Source: Octopus vulgaris
Lineage: Eukaryota
Reading direction: 5' to 3'
NCBI GenBank assembly: GCA_951406725.2
Contig: OX597820.1
Coordinates: 59,582,001-59,646,000 of the forward strand
Length of the DNA stretch: 64,000 bases
The notes beneath the pieces were generated by a model that was not told the origin of the DNA, searched no databases, and was given only the letters and a program-made list of their open reading frames with translations. Below are positions 1 to 12,300 of the stretch, one piece after another. Position numbers and translations under genes: made by a program. Each line of letters starts with the position of its first letter. Positions within the stretch are counted from its first letter, which is position 1.

Positions 1-3000
1 CCTGGCCTGGCCTGGCCTGGCCTGGCCTGGCCTGGCCTGGCCTGGCCTGGCCTGGCCTGGCCTGGCCTGGCCTGGCCTGGCCTGGCCTGGCCTGGCCTGG
101 CCTGGCCTGGCCTGGCCTGGCCTGGCCTGGCCTGGCCTGGCCTGGCCTGGCCTGGCCTGGCCTGGCCTGGCCTGGCCTGGCCTGGCCTGGCCTGGCCTGG
201 CCTGGCCTGGCCTGGCCTGGCCTGGCCTGGCCTGGCCTGGCCTGGCCTGGCCTGGCCTGGCCTGGCCTGGCCTGGCCTGGCCTGGCCTGGCCTGGCCTGG
301 CCTGGCCTGGCCTGGCCTGGCCTGGCCTGGCCTGGCCTGGCCTGGCCTGGCCTGGCCTGGCCTGGCCTGGCCTGGCCTGGCCTGGCCTGGCCTGGCCTGG
401 CCTGGCCTGGCCTGGCCTGGCCTGGCCTGGCCTGGCCTGGCCTGGCCTGGCCTGGCCTGGCCTGGCCTGGCCTGGCCCTGGCCTGGCCTGGCCTGGCCTG
501 GCCTGGCCTGGCCTGGCCTGGCCTGGCCTGGCCTGGCCTGGCCTGGCCTGGCCTGGCCTGGCCTGGCCTGGCCTGGCCTGGCCTGGCCTGGCCTGGCCTG
601 GCCTGGCCTGGCCTGGCCTGGCCTGGCCTGGCCTGGCCTGGCCTGGCCTGGCCTGGCCTGGCCTGGCCTGGCCTGGCCTGGCCTGGCCTGGCCTGGCCTG
701 GCCTGGCCTGGCCTGGCCTGGCCTGGCCTGGCCTGGCCTGGCCTGGCCTGGCCTGGCCTGGCCTGGCCTGGCCTGGCCTGGCCTGGCCTGGCCTGGCCTG
801 GCCTGGCCTGGCCTGGCCTGGCCTGGCCTGGCCTGGCCTGGCCTGGCCTGGCCTGGCCTGGCCTGGCCTGGCCTGGCCTGGCCTGGCCTGGCCTGGCCTG
901 GCCTGGCCTGGCCTGGCCTGGCCTGGCCTGGCCTGGCCCTGGCCTGGCCTGGCCTGGCCTGGCCTGGCCTGGCCTGGCCCTGGCCTGGCCTGGCCTGGCC
1001 TGGCCTGGCCTGGCCTGGCCTGGCCTGGCCTGGCCTGGCCTGGCCTGGCCTGGCCTGGCCTGGCCTGGCCCTGGCCTGGCCTGGCCTGGCCTGGCCTGGC
1101 CTGGCCTGGCCTGGCCTGGCCTGGCCTGGCCTGGCCTGGCCTGGCCTGGCCTGGCCTGGCCTGGCCTGGCCTGGCCTGGCCTGGCCTGGCCTGGCCTGGC
1201 CTGGCCTGGCCTGGCCTGGCCTGGCCTGGCCTGGCCTGGCCTGGCCTGGCCTGGCCTGGCCTGGCCTGGCCCTGGCCTGGCCTGGCCCTGGCCTGGCCTG
1301 GCCTGGCCTGGCCTGGCCTGGCCTGGCCTGGCCTGGCCTGGCCTGGCCTGGCCTGGCCTGGCCTGGCCTGGCCTGGCCTGGCCTGGCCTGGCCTGGCCTG
1401 GCCTGGCCTGGCCTGGCCTGGCCTGGCCTGGCCTGGCCTGGCCTGGCCTGGCCTGGCCTGGCCCCTGGCCTGGCCTGGCCTGGCCTGGCCTGGCCTGGCC
1501 TGGCCTGGCCTGGCCTGGCCTGGCCTGGCCTGGCCTGGCCTGGCCTGGCCTGGCCTGGCCTGGCCTGGCCTGGCCTGGCCTGGCCTGGCCTGGCCTGGCC
1601 TGGCCTGGCCTGGCCTGGCCTGGCCTGGCCTGGCCTGGCCTGGCCTGGCCTGGCCTGGCCTGGCCTGGCCTGGCCTGGCCTGGCCTGGCCTGGCCTGGCC
1701 TGGCCTGGCCTGGCCTGGCCTGGCCTGGCCTGGCCTGGCCTGGCCTGGCCTGGCCTGGCCTGGCCTGGCCTGGCCTGGCCTGGCCTGGCCTGGCCTGGCC
1801 TGGCCTGGCCTGGCCTGGCCTGGCCCTGGCCTGGCCTGGCCTGGCCTGGCCTGGCCTGGCCTGGCCTGGCCTGGCCTGGCCTGGCCTGGCCTGGCCTGGC
1901 CTGGCCTGGCCTGGCCTGGCCTGGCCTGGCCTGGCCTGGCCCTGGCCTGGCCTGGCCTGGCCTGGCCTGGCCTGGCCTGGCCTGGCCTGGCCTGGCCTGG
2001 CCTGGCCTGGCCTGGCCTGGCCTGGCCCTGGCCTGGCCTGGCCTGGCCTGGCCTGGCCTGGCCTGGCCTGGCCTGGCCTGGCCTGGCCTGGCCTGGCCTG
2101 GCTGGCCTGGCCCCTGGCCTGGCCTGGCCCTGGCCTGGCCTGCCCTGGCCTGGCCTGGCCTGGCCTGGCCTGGCCTGGCCTGGCCTGGCCTGGCCTGGCC
2201 TGGCCTGGCCCTGGCCTGGCCTGGCCTGGCCTGGCCTGGCCCTGGCCTGGCCTGGCCTGGCCTGGCCTGGCCTGGCCTGGCCTGGCCTGGCCTGGCCTGG
2301 CCTGGCCTGGCCTGGCCTGGCCTGGCCCTGGCCTGGCCTGGCCTGGCCTGGCCTGGCCTGGCCTGGCCTGGCCTGGCCTGGCCTGGCCTGGCCTGGCCTG
2401 GCCTGGCCTGGCCTGGCCTGGCCTGGCCTGGCCTGGCCTGGCCTGGCCTGGCCTGGCCTGGCCTGGCCTGGCCTGGCCTGGCCTGGCCTGGCCTGGCCTG
2501 GCCTGGCCTGGCCTGGCCCTGGCCTGCCTGGCCTGGCCCCCTGCCCCTGGCCTGCCTGGCCCTGGCCCTGGCCTGGCCTGGGCCTGGCCTGGCCCTGGCC
2601 TGGCCTGGCCTGGCCTGGCCTGGCCTGGCCTGGCCTGGCCTGGCCCCTGGCCTGGCCTGGCCTGGCCTGGCCTGGCCTGGCCTGGCCTGGCCTGGCCCGG
2701 CTGGCCTGGCCTGGCCTGGCCTGGCCTGGCCTGGCCTGGCCTGGCCCTGGCCTGGCCTGGCCTGGCCTGGCCTGGCCTGGCCTGGCCTGGCCTGGCCTGG
2801 CCTGGCCTGGCCTGGCCTGGCCCTGGCCTGGCCTGGCCTGGCCTGGCCTGGCCTGGCCTGGCCTGGCCTGGCCTGGCCCTGGCCTGGCCTGGCCTGGCCT
2901 GGCCTGGCCCTGGCCTGGCCTGGCCTGGCCTGGCCTGGCCTGGCCTGGCCTGGCCGCCTGGCCTGGCCCTGGCCTGGCCTGGCCTGGCCTGGCCTGGCCC

Positions 3001-3446
3001 TGGCCTGGCCCGGCCCTGGCCCTGGCCTGGCCTGGCCTGGCCTGGCCTGGCCTGGCCCTGGCCCCTGGCCCTGGCCTGGCCTGGCCTGGCCCCCTGGCCT
3101 GGCCTGGCCCTGGCCTGGCCCTGGCCCTGGCCCAGGCCCCTGGCCCTGGCCTGGCCCTGGCCCTGGCCTGGCCCTGGCCTGGCCCTGGCCCTGGCCCTGG
3201 CCTGGCCTGGCCCTGGCCCTGGCCCTGGCCCTGGCCCCTGGCCCGGCCCAGCCTGGCCAGCCCTGGCCCTGGCCCTGGCCCTGGCCTGGCCCTGGCCCTG
3301 GCCCTGGCCCAGGCCCTGCCTGCCCCCAGGCCCTGGCCTGGCCAGCCCCCCCCCCCCTGGCCCTGGCCCTGGCCCTGGCCCGGCCCGGCCCTGGCCCTGG
3401 CCCTGGCCTGGCCCGCCCAGCCCCCCTGGCCCTCCCCTAACCCTGG
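1..3446 (+). repeat. (CCTGG)n/(CCCTGG)n terminal array; probably basecall-corrupted (CCCTAA)n telomere
   Basis: Near-perfect CCTGG pentamer from base 1, with increasing CCCTGG hexamers and C-run noise toward ~3430, merging into CCCTAA. CCCTAA-to-CCCTGG is a documented nanopore telomere miscall. Confidence 0.9.
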
Positions 3447-3549
3447 CCCCAACCTCCCTACCCCCCCCTAACCCTACCCTAACCCTAACCCTAACCCCTA
3501 ACCCTAACCCTAACCCTAACCCTAACCCTAACCCAACCCTTAACCCTAA
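3435..3549 (+). repeat. Telomeric repeat (CCCTAA)n = (TTAGGG)n on minus strand
   Basis: ccctaaccctaaccctaa... clean from ~3466 to 3549; C-rich strand on + as expected for a left chromosome end. Confidence 0.95.
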
Positions 3550-4215
3550 TTTAATAATATGCGAGGGGAGTAACTCTAGAAAGGGAGATAACTAACAAAA
3601 AATCTTCCAGGGTTACCGCCCTTACATCTAATTAAATTACTATTAAGTATTATTAAATTGAAATCTTCAAGGGAAATAACTCTAGAAAGGGAGATAACTA
3701 AAAAAAAATCTCCCAGTTACCTCCCTTACATCTAATTCAATTACTATTATTTGTTATTAAATTGGTGTATTCACGGGGAGTAACTCTAGGAAGGGAGAGA
3801 ATTACTCCCCTTGAAGACCTCAATTTAATAACACAATACTAATTTAATTAGATGTAAGGGAGATAACTCTGGAAGATTTTTTTTAGTTATCTCCCTTTCT
3901 AGAGTTACTCCCCTTGAACATTTCAATTTAATAATACGTAATATTAATTTAATTAGATGTAAGGGAACTAAAAATCTTCCAGAGTTACCTCCCTTATATC
4001 TAATTAATTTACTATTATGTATTATTAAATTGAAATGTTCAAGGTGAGTAACTCTAGAAAGGGAGATAACTAAAAGATCTTCCAGAGTTACCTCCCTTAC
4101 ATCTAATTAAATTACTATTACGTATTATTAAATTGAAATATTCAAGGGGAGTAAATCTCCTAGAGATATATAAAAAAATCTTCAAAAGTTACCTCCCTTA
4201 CATTTAATTAAATAA
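3550..4215. repeat. Telomere-adjacent ~106-bp AT-rich tandem repeat with an internal inverted block
   Basis: Unit ggggagtaactctagaaagggagataactaaaa..atcttccagagttacctcccttacatctaattaaattactatta..tattattaaattgaaat; copies at ~3800-3967 are reverse-complemented. Confidence 0.8.
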
Positions 4216-4401
4216 CGACTATTATCAAAATGTGTCATGGAAGCTAATTAACTCTACAATATAATGTTCAGACGTAACACTTTTACTCCTTTCCTTGTTT
4301 AGTCATTTCAATGTGCCCATGCTGGAGCACAGCCTTTTCTAGAGCAAATCGACACTAGGACTTTTATCTACGTCAGTCTAGTATTTATTCTGTTGGTCTT
4401 C

Positions 4402-4687
4402 AGACCATAATATCCTACTCTCAAAATTGGCAAATGTTGGAATCCGTGGAAAAGTTCTACACTGGATCAAGTATTTCCTGGCGAATACAACACAACATGT
4501 TGTAGTTGATGGAGTCCACTCAAGCCAAGCAAAAGTCAACAGCGGTGTCCCTCAGGGGTCTGTCTTGGGTCCGCTACTCTTCATAATCTACATAAACGAC
4601 CTTTCCAGTGTCGTACATTACTGCAAAGTGAACATATTTGCTGATGACACTAAGCTCCAGCAAATCGTCAATGAAGAAGCAGACCGA
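4402..4687 (+). mobile_element. CR1-group LINE RT fragment (family A)
   Basis: ORF 4427 has SGVPQGSVLGPLLFIIYINDL and FADDTK; near-identical to 52584-52867. Confidence 0.9.
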
Positions 4688-5419
4688 TCCAGGTATGTAG
4701 ATACGGGGTGCTTAACACTCGCAAATCTGGAGTCACTAAAGGTGCAATTGAACTTCTTTTCATTTAGAACTTAGGGATCTGCAAATGTCGGTATCTTAGA
4801 GATGCTTAAAGTGTTTGTTCTAGCTGTAATTGTCGCATACAAACAGACGCTCACACACGTATACACAGAAATAAAAACATTCACACAAACACAAACACTG
4901 AAATGAAAACAGTTACATACCTACACATGCACACACACAAATAGAAATGAAAATAGTCACACACAAACATACGCACCCACACAGAAATGAAAACGCAGTT
5001 ACACATTCACACAAAACCCTAACTAGCATAAACATACAATTTATTCAGAATGTAGAGGGGCATTGAGTGCTTTGCACTCGCAGTTAGAATATCAGCTCCC
5101 TCCACGCCAGAATTAGAATTTCTGTCATCCACTTGTGAAATTAATACATTGACGACACATGGGAAAAATATGAGCAACATCTGAAGCCACTAAAGGTGCA
5201 ATAAATTGAACTTATTTGTATTAGTAGTTAGTGATATATGAATATCGACGTAGGAATGGCTGTTGTAAGTAGTTTGCTTACGAACCACATGGTTTCGGGT
5301 TCATTCCCACTGCCTGTCATCTTCTGCAATTGTTACTATTGTAGCCCAGGGCCTAGCTAATCCTTGTGATGGGATTTAGTGGAAGGAAATTGATAGAATC
5401 TCGTCGTATATACGTTTAA

Positions 5420-5457
<38 letters not shown>

Positions 5458-5665
5458 GTGCGTGCGTGTGTTTGTGTGTGTCTGTGTATGTTCGCACTCG
5501 AAGGGCACACGAGAATGCACGCACGTACTATCACACATACAGATGCAAGTTTTCTTAATAAAACGGAATGAACTCCCATTCCATCCCTTACAGTTTCTTT
5601 TTTGTTTTAGATACTACATATACGTGTGTTGGTATATTCACGTATATCTGTATGTATATATTTAT

Positions 5666-5696
<31 letters not shown>

Positions 5697-6340
5697 AATA
5701 TATATATATAAATATATATACGACGCTATGTACGACATATAAATACACAAACACATACATGTGTGTGTGTGTGTGTGTGTGTGTATATGAAGGTGCAATA
5801 AATTGACTTATTTTGATTTAGTATTTAGTGATCACCAATGTGGGTATCTTACAAATGGTCAAAGTGTTTGTTGTAGTTGTAAGTGACGTACGCACAAATA
5901 GAAAAACTCAGTCGCTCACACACTCGCGCACACAGAAATAAAAACACTCTCACACACAAACACTGAAATGAAAATACCCACACTCACATAAATAAAAACA
6001 GTCCCACACACAAGGAGCCCCAATAGGTCTATCAAAAAAGTTTCTAGTATTTTTCCTAACCCTAACCCATAATTTATGATAATTGAAATTCTTACAATAA
6101 ATAAATAACTACTAAATAAGTATATCGAACATTACGTCCCCGTAACTTATCGGTTCTGCAAAAGAGACCTATACATTAAGTAATAGGCATACAAAGAATA
6201 ATTTCTGGGCTTGATTTGCTTCACTAAAGGCGGTGCTCCACCATGGTCGCAGTGAAATAACGGAAAGAGTCTAAGAGCGACAAAGCGTATATTACGATAA
6301 CTACATACTTAAGGGAGATAACTACTTAAGGGAGGTAATT
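4688..6340. repeat. Subtelomeric mosaic spacer (decayed SINE pieces, CA/TA microsatellites, shared duplicated modules)
   Basis: Sub-blocks match 17370-18065, 24270-24860, 26480-27510, 58190-58990 and 63355-63580. Confidence 0.75.
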
Positions 6341-9300
6341 ACGTGGCCCTGAATTACATGCACCTGAATGTCCTGCCCCTTAATTACATGGCCCTCAATT
6401 ACATGGCCCTGAATTACATGACCCTGTATTACCTGCCCTTGAATTACCTGTACCTGAGTTACATGTCCCTGAATTACATGCACCTGAATTACCTGCCCGT
6501 CAATTACCTTCCCCTGAATTACATATCCCTGAATTACATGTCCCTGAATGACATTCCTCTAAATTACCAACCTCTGCATTACCTACCCCTGGATTACATT
6601 ACCCCTGAATTACCCGCCCCTGAATTACATGCCCGAATTACATGCCCCTGAATTTCATGCCCCTGAATTAACTGCCCCTCAATTACCTGCTCCTTAATTA
6701 CATGGCCCTGAATTACATGGCCCTGAATTTCCTGCCCCTTAATTACATGCCCCTGTATTACCTGCCCTTGAATTACCTGCCCCTGAGTTACATGTCCCTG
6801 AATTACATGCACCTGAATTACCTGCCCCTCAATTACCTTTCCCTGAATTACATGCCCCTGAATTACATGTCCCGGAATTATCTGCCAGTGAATGACATTC
6901 ACCTGACATTCATCAATTACCTGCCCCTGAATTACCCCTGAATTACCTTCCCCTAAATTACATGCATCTGAATTACCTGCCCCTGAATTACAAACACCTG
7001 AATTAGATGCCCCTCAATTACCTGCCCCTCAATTACATGCACATGAATGACCTGACCCTGAATGATATGCCCCTCAATTATCTATCCCTAAATTACCTGC
7101 CCCGGAATTACCTGCCCGTGAATGTCATGCCCCTGGATTAACTGCCCCTGAATTACATGCCACTGAATAACATACACCAGAATAAGATACACCTGAATTA
7201 CCTGCCCCAAAATTACATACCCCTGAATTACCTGCCCCTAAATTACATGCATCTGAATTACCTGCCCCTGAATTACATGGCCCTGAATTATCTGCCCCTC
7301 AATTACATGCCTCTTAATTACATGCACCTGTATGACCTGACCCCGAATTATCTATCCCTAAATTACCATGAATTACCTGCCCGTGAATGACATGCCCCTG
7401 AATTACCTGCACCTAGATAACCTGCCCCAGAATTACATGCACCTGGATTACCTAACCCAGAATTACATGCCCCTGAATTACCTGCCCATGAATGACATTC
7501 CTCTGAATTACCTGTCCCTGAATTACCTTCCCCTGAATTACATTCCTCTGAATTACCCACCCATGAATTACATGCCCCTGAATTACATGCCCCTGAATTA
7601 ACTACCCCTCAATTACATGCCCCTGGATTACCTAACCCAGAATTACATGCACCTGGATTACCTAACCCAGAATTACATGCACCTGAATTACATGCCCCTT
7701 AATTACATGCCCCTGAATTACCTGCACCTGAATGACATGCCCCTGAATTACGTGCCCCTGAATTACCTCCCCCTGAATTACGATATCCTGAATTTCATGC
7801 CCATGAATTACCTGCCCCTGAATTACCTGCCCCTGAATGACATGCCCCTGAATGACCTGCCCCTTAATTACATACCCCTGAATTACCTGTCCCTGAATAA
7901 CCTATACCTGAATAACCTGACACTCAATAATCTGCCCCTGAAGTTCCTGCCCCTAAATTACCTTCCCCTGAATTACATGCCCCTGAATTACATGCCCCTG
8001 AATTACATGCACCTGAATTACATGCGCCTGAATTACATACACCTGAATTACCTGCCCCTGAGTCACATGTCCCTGAATAACCTGCATCTGAATTACCTGC
8101 TCCTGAATTACATACACCTGAATTACATGCCTTTGAATTACCTGCCCCTAAATTATGGGCCCCTGAATTACCTGTCCCTGAATGACATGCCCCTGAATTA
8201 CACTCTGAATTACCTGCCCGTGAATTACCTGCCCCTCAATCACCTGCCCATGAATGACATCCCTATAAATTACCTTTCCCTGAATTACCCCTGAATTACC
8301 TGCCCCTAGATTACCTTCCCCTGAATTACACTCTAAATTACCTGCCCCTGAATGACCTGCCAATGAATGACATTCCTCTAAATCACCTGCACCTGAACTA
8401 CCTGCCCCTGGATTACCTTCGCCTCAATTACCCGCCCATGAATTACATGCCCCTGAATTACCTTTCCCCTGAATTACATGCCCCTGAACTACCTGCCCCT
8501 TAATTACATGTCCTTGAATTATTTGCCAATATTCCTCTAAATTACCTGCCCCTAAATTAATTGCCCCTAAATTACCTGCCCATGAATTACATGCCCCTGA
8601 ATTACCTGTCCCTGAATTACATACACCTGAATTACCTGACCCTGAATTACATGCCCCTGAATTATCTACCCCTGAGTCCCTGAATAACCTGCACCTGAAT
8701 TACCTGCACCTGAATTACCTGCCCCTGAATTACATACACCTGAATTACATGCCCGTGAATTACGTGCCCGTGAATTTCCTGCCCCAAAATTACATGCGCC
8801 TGAATTACGTGCCCCTGAATGACATGCCCCTCAATTACCTGCCCATGAATTACATACACCTGAATTACATGCCCCTGAATTACCTGCCCCTATATTACAT
8901 GCCACTCAATTACCTAGCCATGAATTACCTGCCCCTGAATAACATACACCTGAATTAACTTCCCCTCAATTACCTGCCCCTGAATTATATACCCCTGAAT
9001 TACCTGCCCCTGAATTACATGCACCTGAATTACCTGCCCCTGAATTACAAACACCTGAAATACATGGCCCTGAATTACCTTCCTCTTATTTACATGCACC
9101 TGAATTACCTGCCTCTGAATTATCTATCCCTAAATTACCGGCCCCTGAATTACCTATCCGTGAATGACATGCCTCTGAATTACCTGGACCTAGATTACCT
9201 GCCCCTGAATTACATGCCCCTGAATCACCTTTCATCTGAATTACATGCCACGCGATTACCTGCCCCTAAATTACCTGCCCATGAATGACATTCCTCTAAA

Positions 9301-12300
9301 TTACCTGTCCCTGAATTACCCCTGAATTACCTGCCCCTGGATTACCTTCCCCTGAAATATATTGCTCTGAATTACCCACCCACGAATTACATGCCCCTGA
9401 ATTACATACACCTGAATTACATGCCCCTCAATTACCTGCACCTCAATTACATGCCCCTGAATTACATGCACCTGAATTACCTGCACCTGAATTACATGCC
9501 CCTGAAATACATTGCTCTGAATTACCCACCAACGAATTACATGCCCTTGAATTACATGCCCCTGAATTACCTGCCCTGAATTACATACATCTGAATTACA
9601 TGCCCCTCAATTACCTGCACCTCAATTCCATGCCCCTGAATTACATGCCCCTTAATTACATGCCCCTGAATTACCTGCACCTGAATTACCTGCCCCTCAA
9701 TTACCTGCGTCTGAATTACCTTGCTCTGAATGACATGCCCCTTAATTACTTAACCCTGAAGTACCTGCCCCTGAATTACCTGCCACTAAATTACATGCAT
9801 CTGAATTACCTGCCCCTCAATTACATGTCTCTTAATTACATGCACCTGAATGACCTGCCCCTGAATGACATGTCTCTGAATTGTCTATCCCTGAATTACC
9901 TGCCCGTGAATGACATACCCCTGAAATACCTGCACCTAGATTACCTGCCCCTGAATTACATTTCATCTGAATTACATGCCCCTGAATTACCTGCCCATGA
10001 ATGACATTCCTATAAATTACCTGTCCCTAAATTACCCCTGAATTACATTCCTCTGAATTACCTGCCCCTGAATTACCTGCCAATGAATGACATTCCTCTA
10101 AATCACCTGCTCCTGAATTACCTGCCCCTGGATTACCTTCCCCTCAATTACCCGCCCATGAATTACATGCCCGAATTACATGCCCCTGAATTACCTGCCC
10201 CTGAATTGAAGTGCACCTGAATTAAATGCCCCTGAATTACATACACCTGAATTATCAGCTCCTGAATTACATGCCCCTGAATTACATGCCCCTGAGTCCC
10301 TGAATTACATGCCCGTGAATTACCTGCCCCTAAATTACATGCCCCTCAATTACCTACCCATGAATTACATACACCTGAATTACATGCCCGTGAATTACCT
10401 GCCCTGAATTACCTGCCCCTGAATTACATGCCCCTGAATTACATGCCCCTCAATTACCTGCCCATGAATTACATGCCCCTGAACTACCTGCCCCTTAATT
10501 ACATGTCCCTGAATTATCTGCCAATGAATGACATACCTCTAAATTACCTGCCCCTGAATTACAAACACCTGAATTACCTGCCCCTCAATTACATGCCTCT
10601 TAATTACATGCACATGAATGATCTGACACTGAATGATATGCCCCTGAATTATCTATCCCTAAATTACCTGCCCGGAATTACCTGCCAGTGAATGACATAC
10701 CCCTGGATTAACTGCCCCTGAATAACCTGCCCCTGAATAACATACACCTGAATTACCTGCCCCTGAATTACATGCCCCTGAATTACCTGCCCCTGAATTA
10801 CATGCCCCTGAATTACCTGCCCCTCAATTACATGCACCTAAATGACCTGCCCCTGAATTATCTATCCCTAAATTACCAGCCCGTGAATGACATACCCCTG
10901 AATTACCTGCACCTAGATTACCTGCCCCTGAATTACATGCCCCCTGATTACCTAACCCAGAATTACAAGCCCCTGAATTACCTGCCCATGAATGACATTC
11001 CTCTAAATTACCTGTCCCTGAATTACCCCTGAATTACATGCACCTGAATTACCTGCCCCTAAATTACATGACTCTTAATTACATGCACATGAATGATGTG
11101 CCCCTGAATTACCTATCCCTAAATTACCCACCCGTGAATGACATGCCCCTGAATTACATACACCTGAATTACCTGCCCCTGGATTACCTAGCCCTGAATT
11201 ACCTGCCCCTGAATTACCTTCGCTGAATGACATGCCCCTGAATGACATGCCCCTGAATTGCATACCCCTGAATTACCTGCCCATGAATTACATGCACCTG
11301 AATTACATGCCCCTGAATTACATGCAACTGATTTACATGCCCCTGAATTACACTCCCCTGAATTATCTACCCCTGAGTCCCTGAATAACCTGCACCTGAA
11401 TTACCTGCCCCTCAATTACCTGCCCATGAATTACCTGCCCATGAATTAAATGCCCCTGAAGTACCTGCCCCTAAATTACATGCCCCTGAATGACATGCCT
11501 CTGAATTATCTATCCCTAAATTACCAGCCCGTGAATGACATGCCCCTGAATTACCTTTCATCTGAATTACATGCCCCTGGATTACCTGCCCCTAAATTAC
11601 CTGCAGATGAATGACATTCCTCTAAGGTACCTGTCTCTGAATTACCCCTGAATGACATGCCCCTGAATTACCTTCCCCTGAATTACATGCCCCTGAATTA
11701 CATTCCTCTGAATTACCCACCTACGAATTACATGCCCCTGAATTACCTACCACTGAATTACATACACCTGAATTACAGACACCTGAATTACATGCCCCTC
11801 AATTACATGCCGCTGAATTACCTAACCCTGAATTACCTGCCCCTGAATTACCTTCCCTGAATGACATGCCCCTGAATTACATACCCATGAATTACATGCA
11901 CCTGAATTAAATGCCCCTGAATTAAATGCCCCTGAATTACATGCCCCTAAATTACCTGCCCCAGAATTACATGCCCCTCAAGTATCTACCCCTGAGTCCC
12001 TGAATAACCTGCACGTGAATTACCTGCCCCTGAATTACATACACCTGATTTACATGCCCTGAATTACCTGCCCCTGAATTACCTGCCCGTGAATTACCTG
12101 CCCCAAAATTACATGCCCCTGAATTACCTGCCCCTGAATTACATGCCCCTCAATTAACTGCCCGTGAACTACCTGGCCCTAAATTACATGCCCCTGAATT
12201 ACCTGCCCATGAATTAAATGCCCCTAAAATACCTTCCCCTGAAGTACCTGCCCCTAAATTACATGCATTTGAATTACGTGCCCCTGAATTACCTGCCTCT

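Noticed and set aside
1-3446. A novel CCAGG/CCTGG telomere motif or a Dcm-site array
   Set aside because: Matches a known nanopore miscall pattern and grades into canonical CCCTAA; Dcm is bacterial and irrelevant here.
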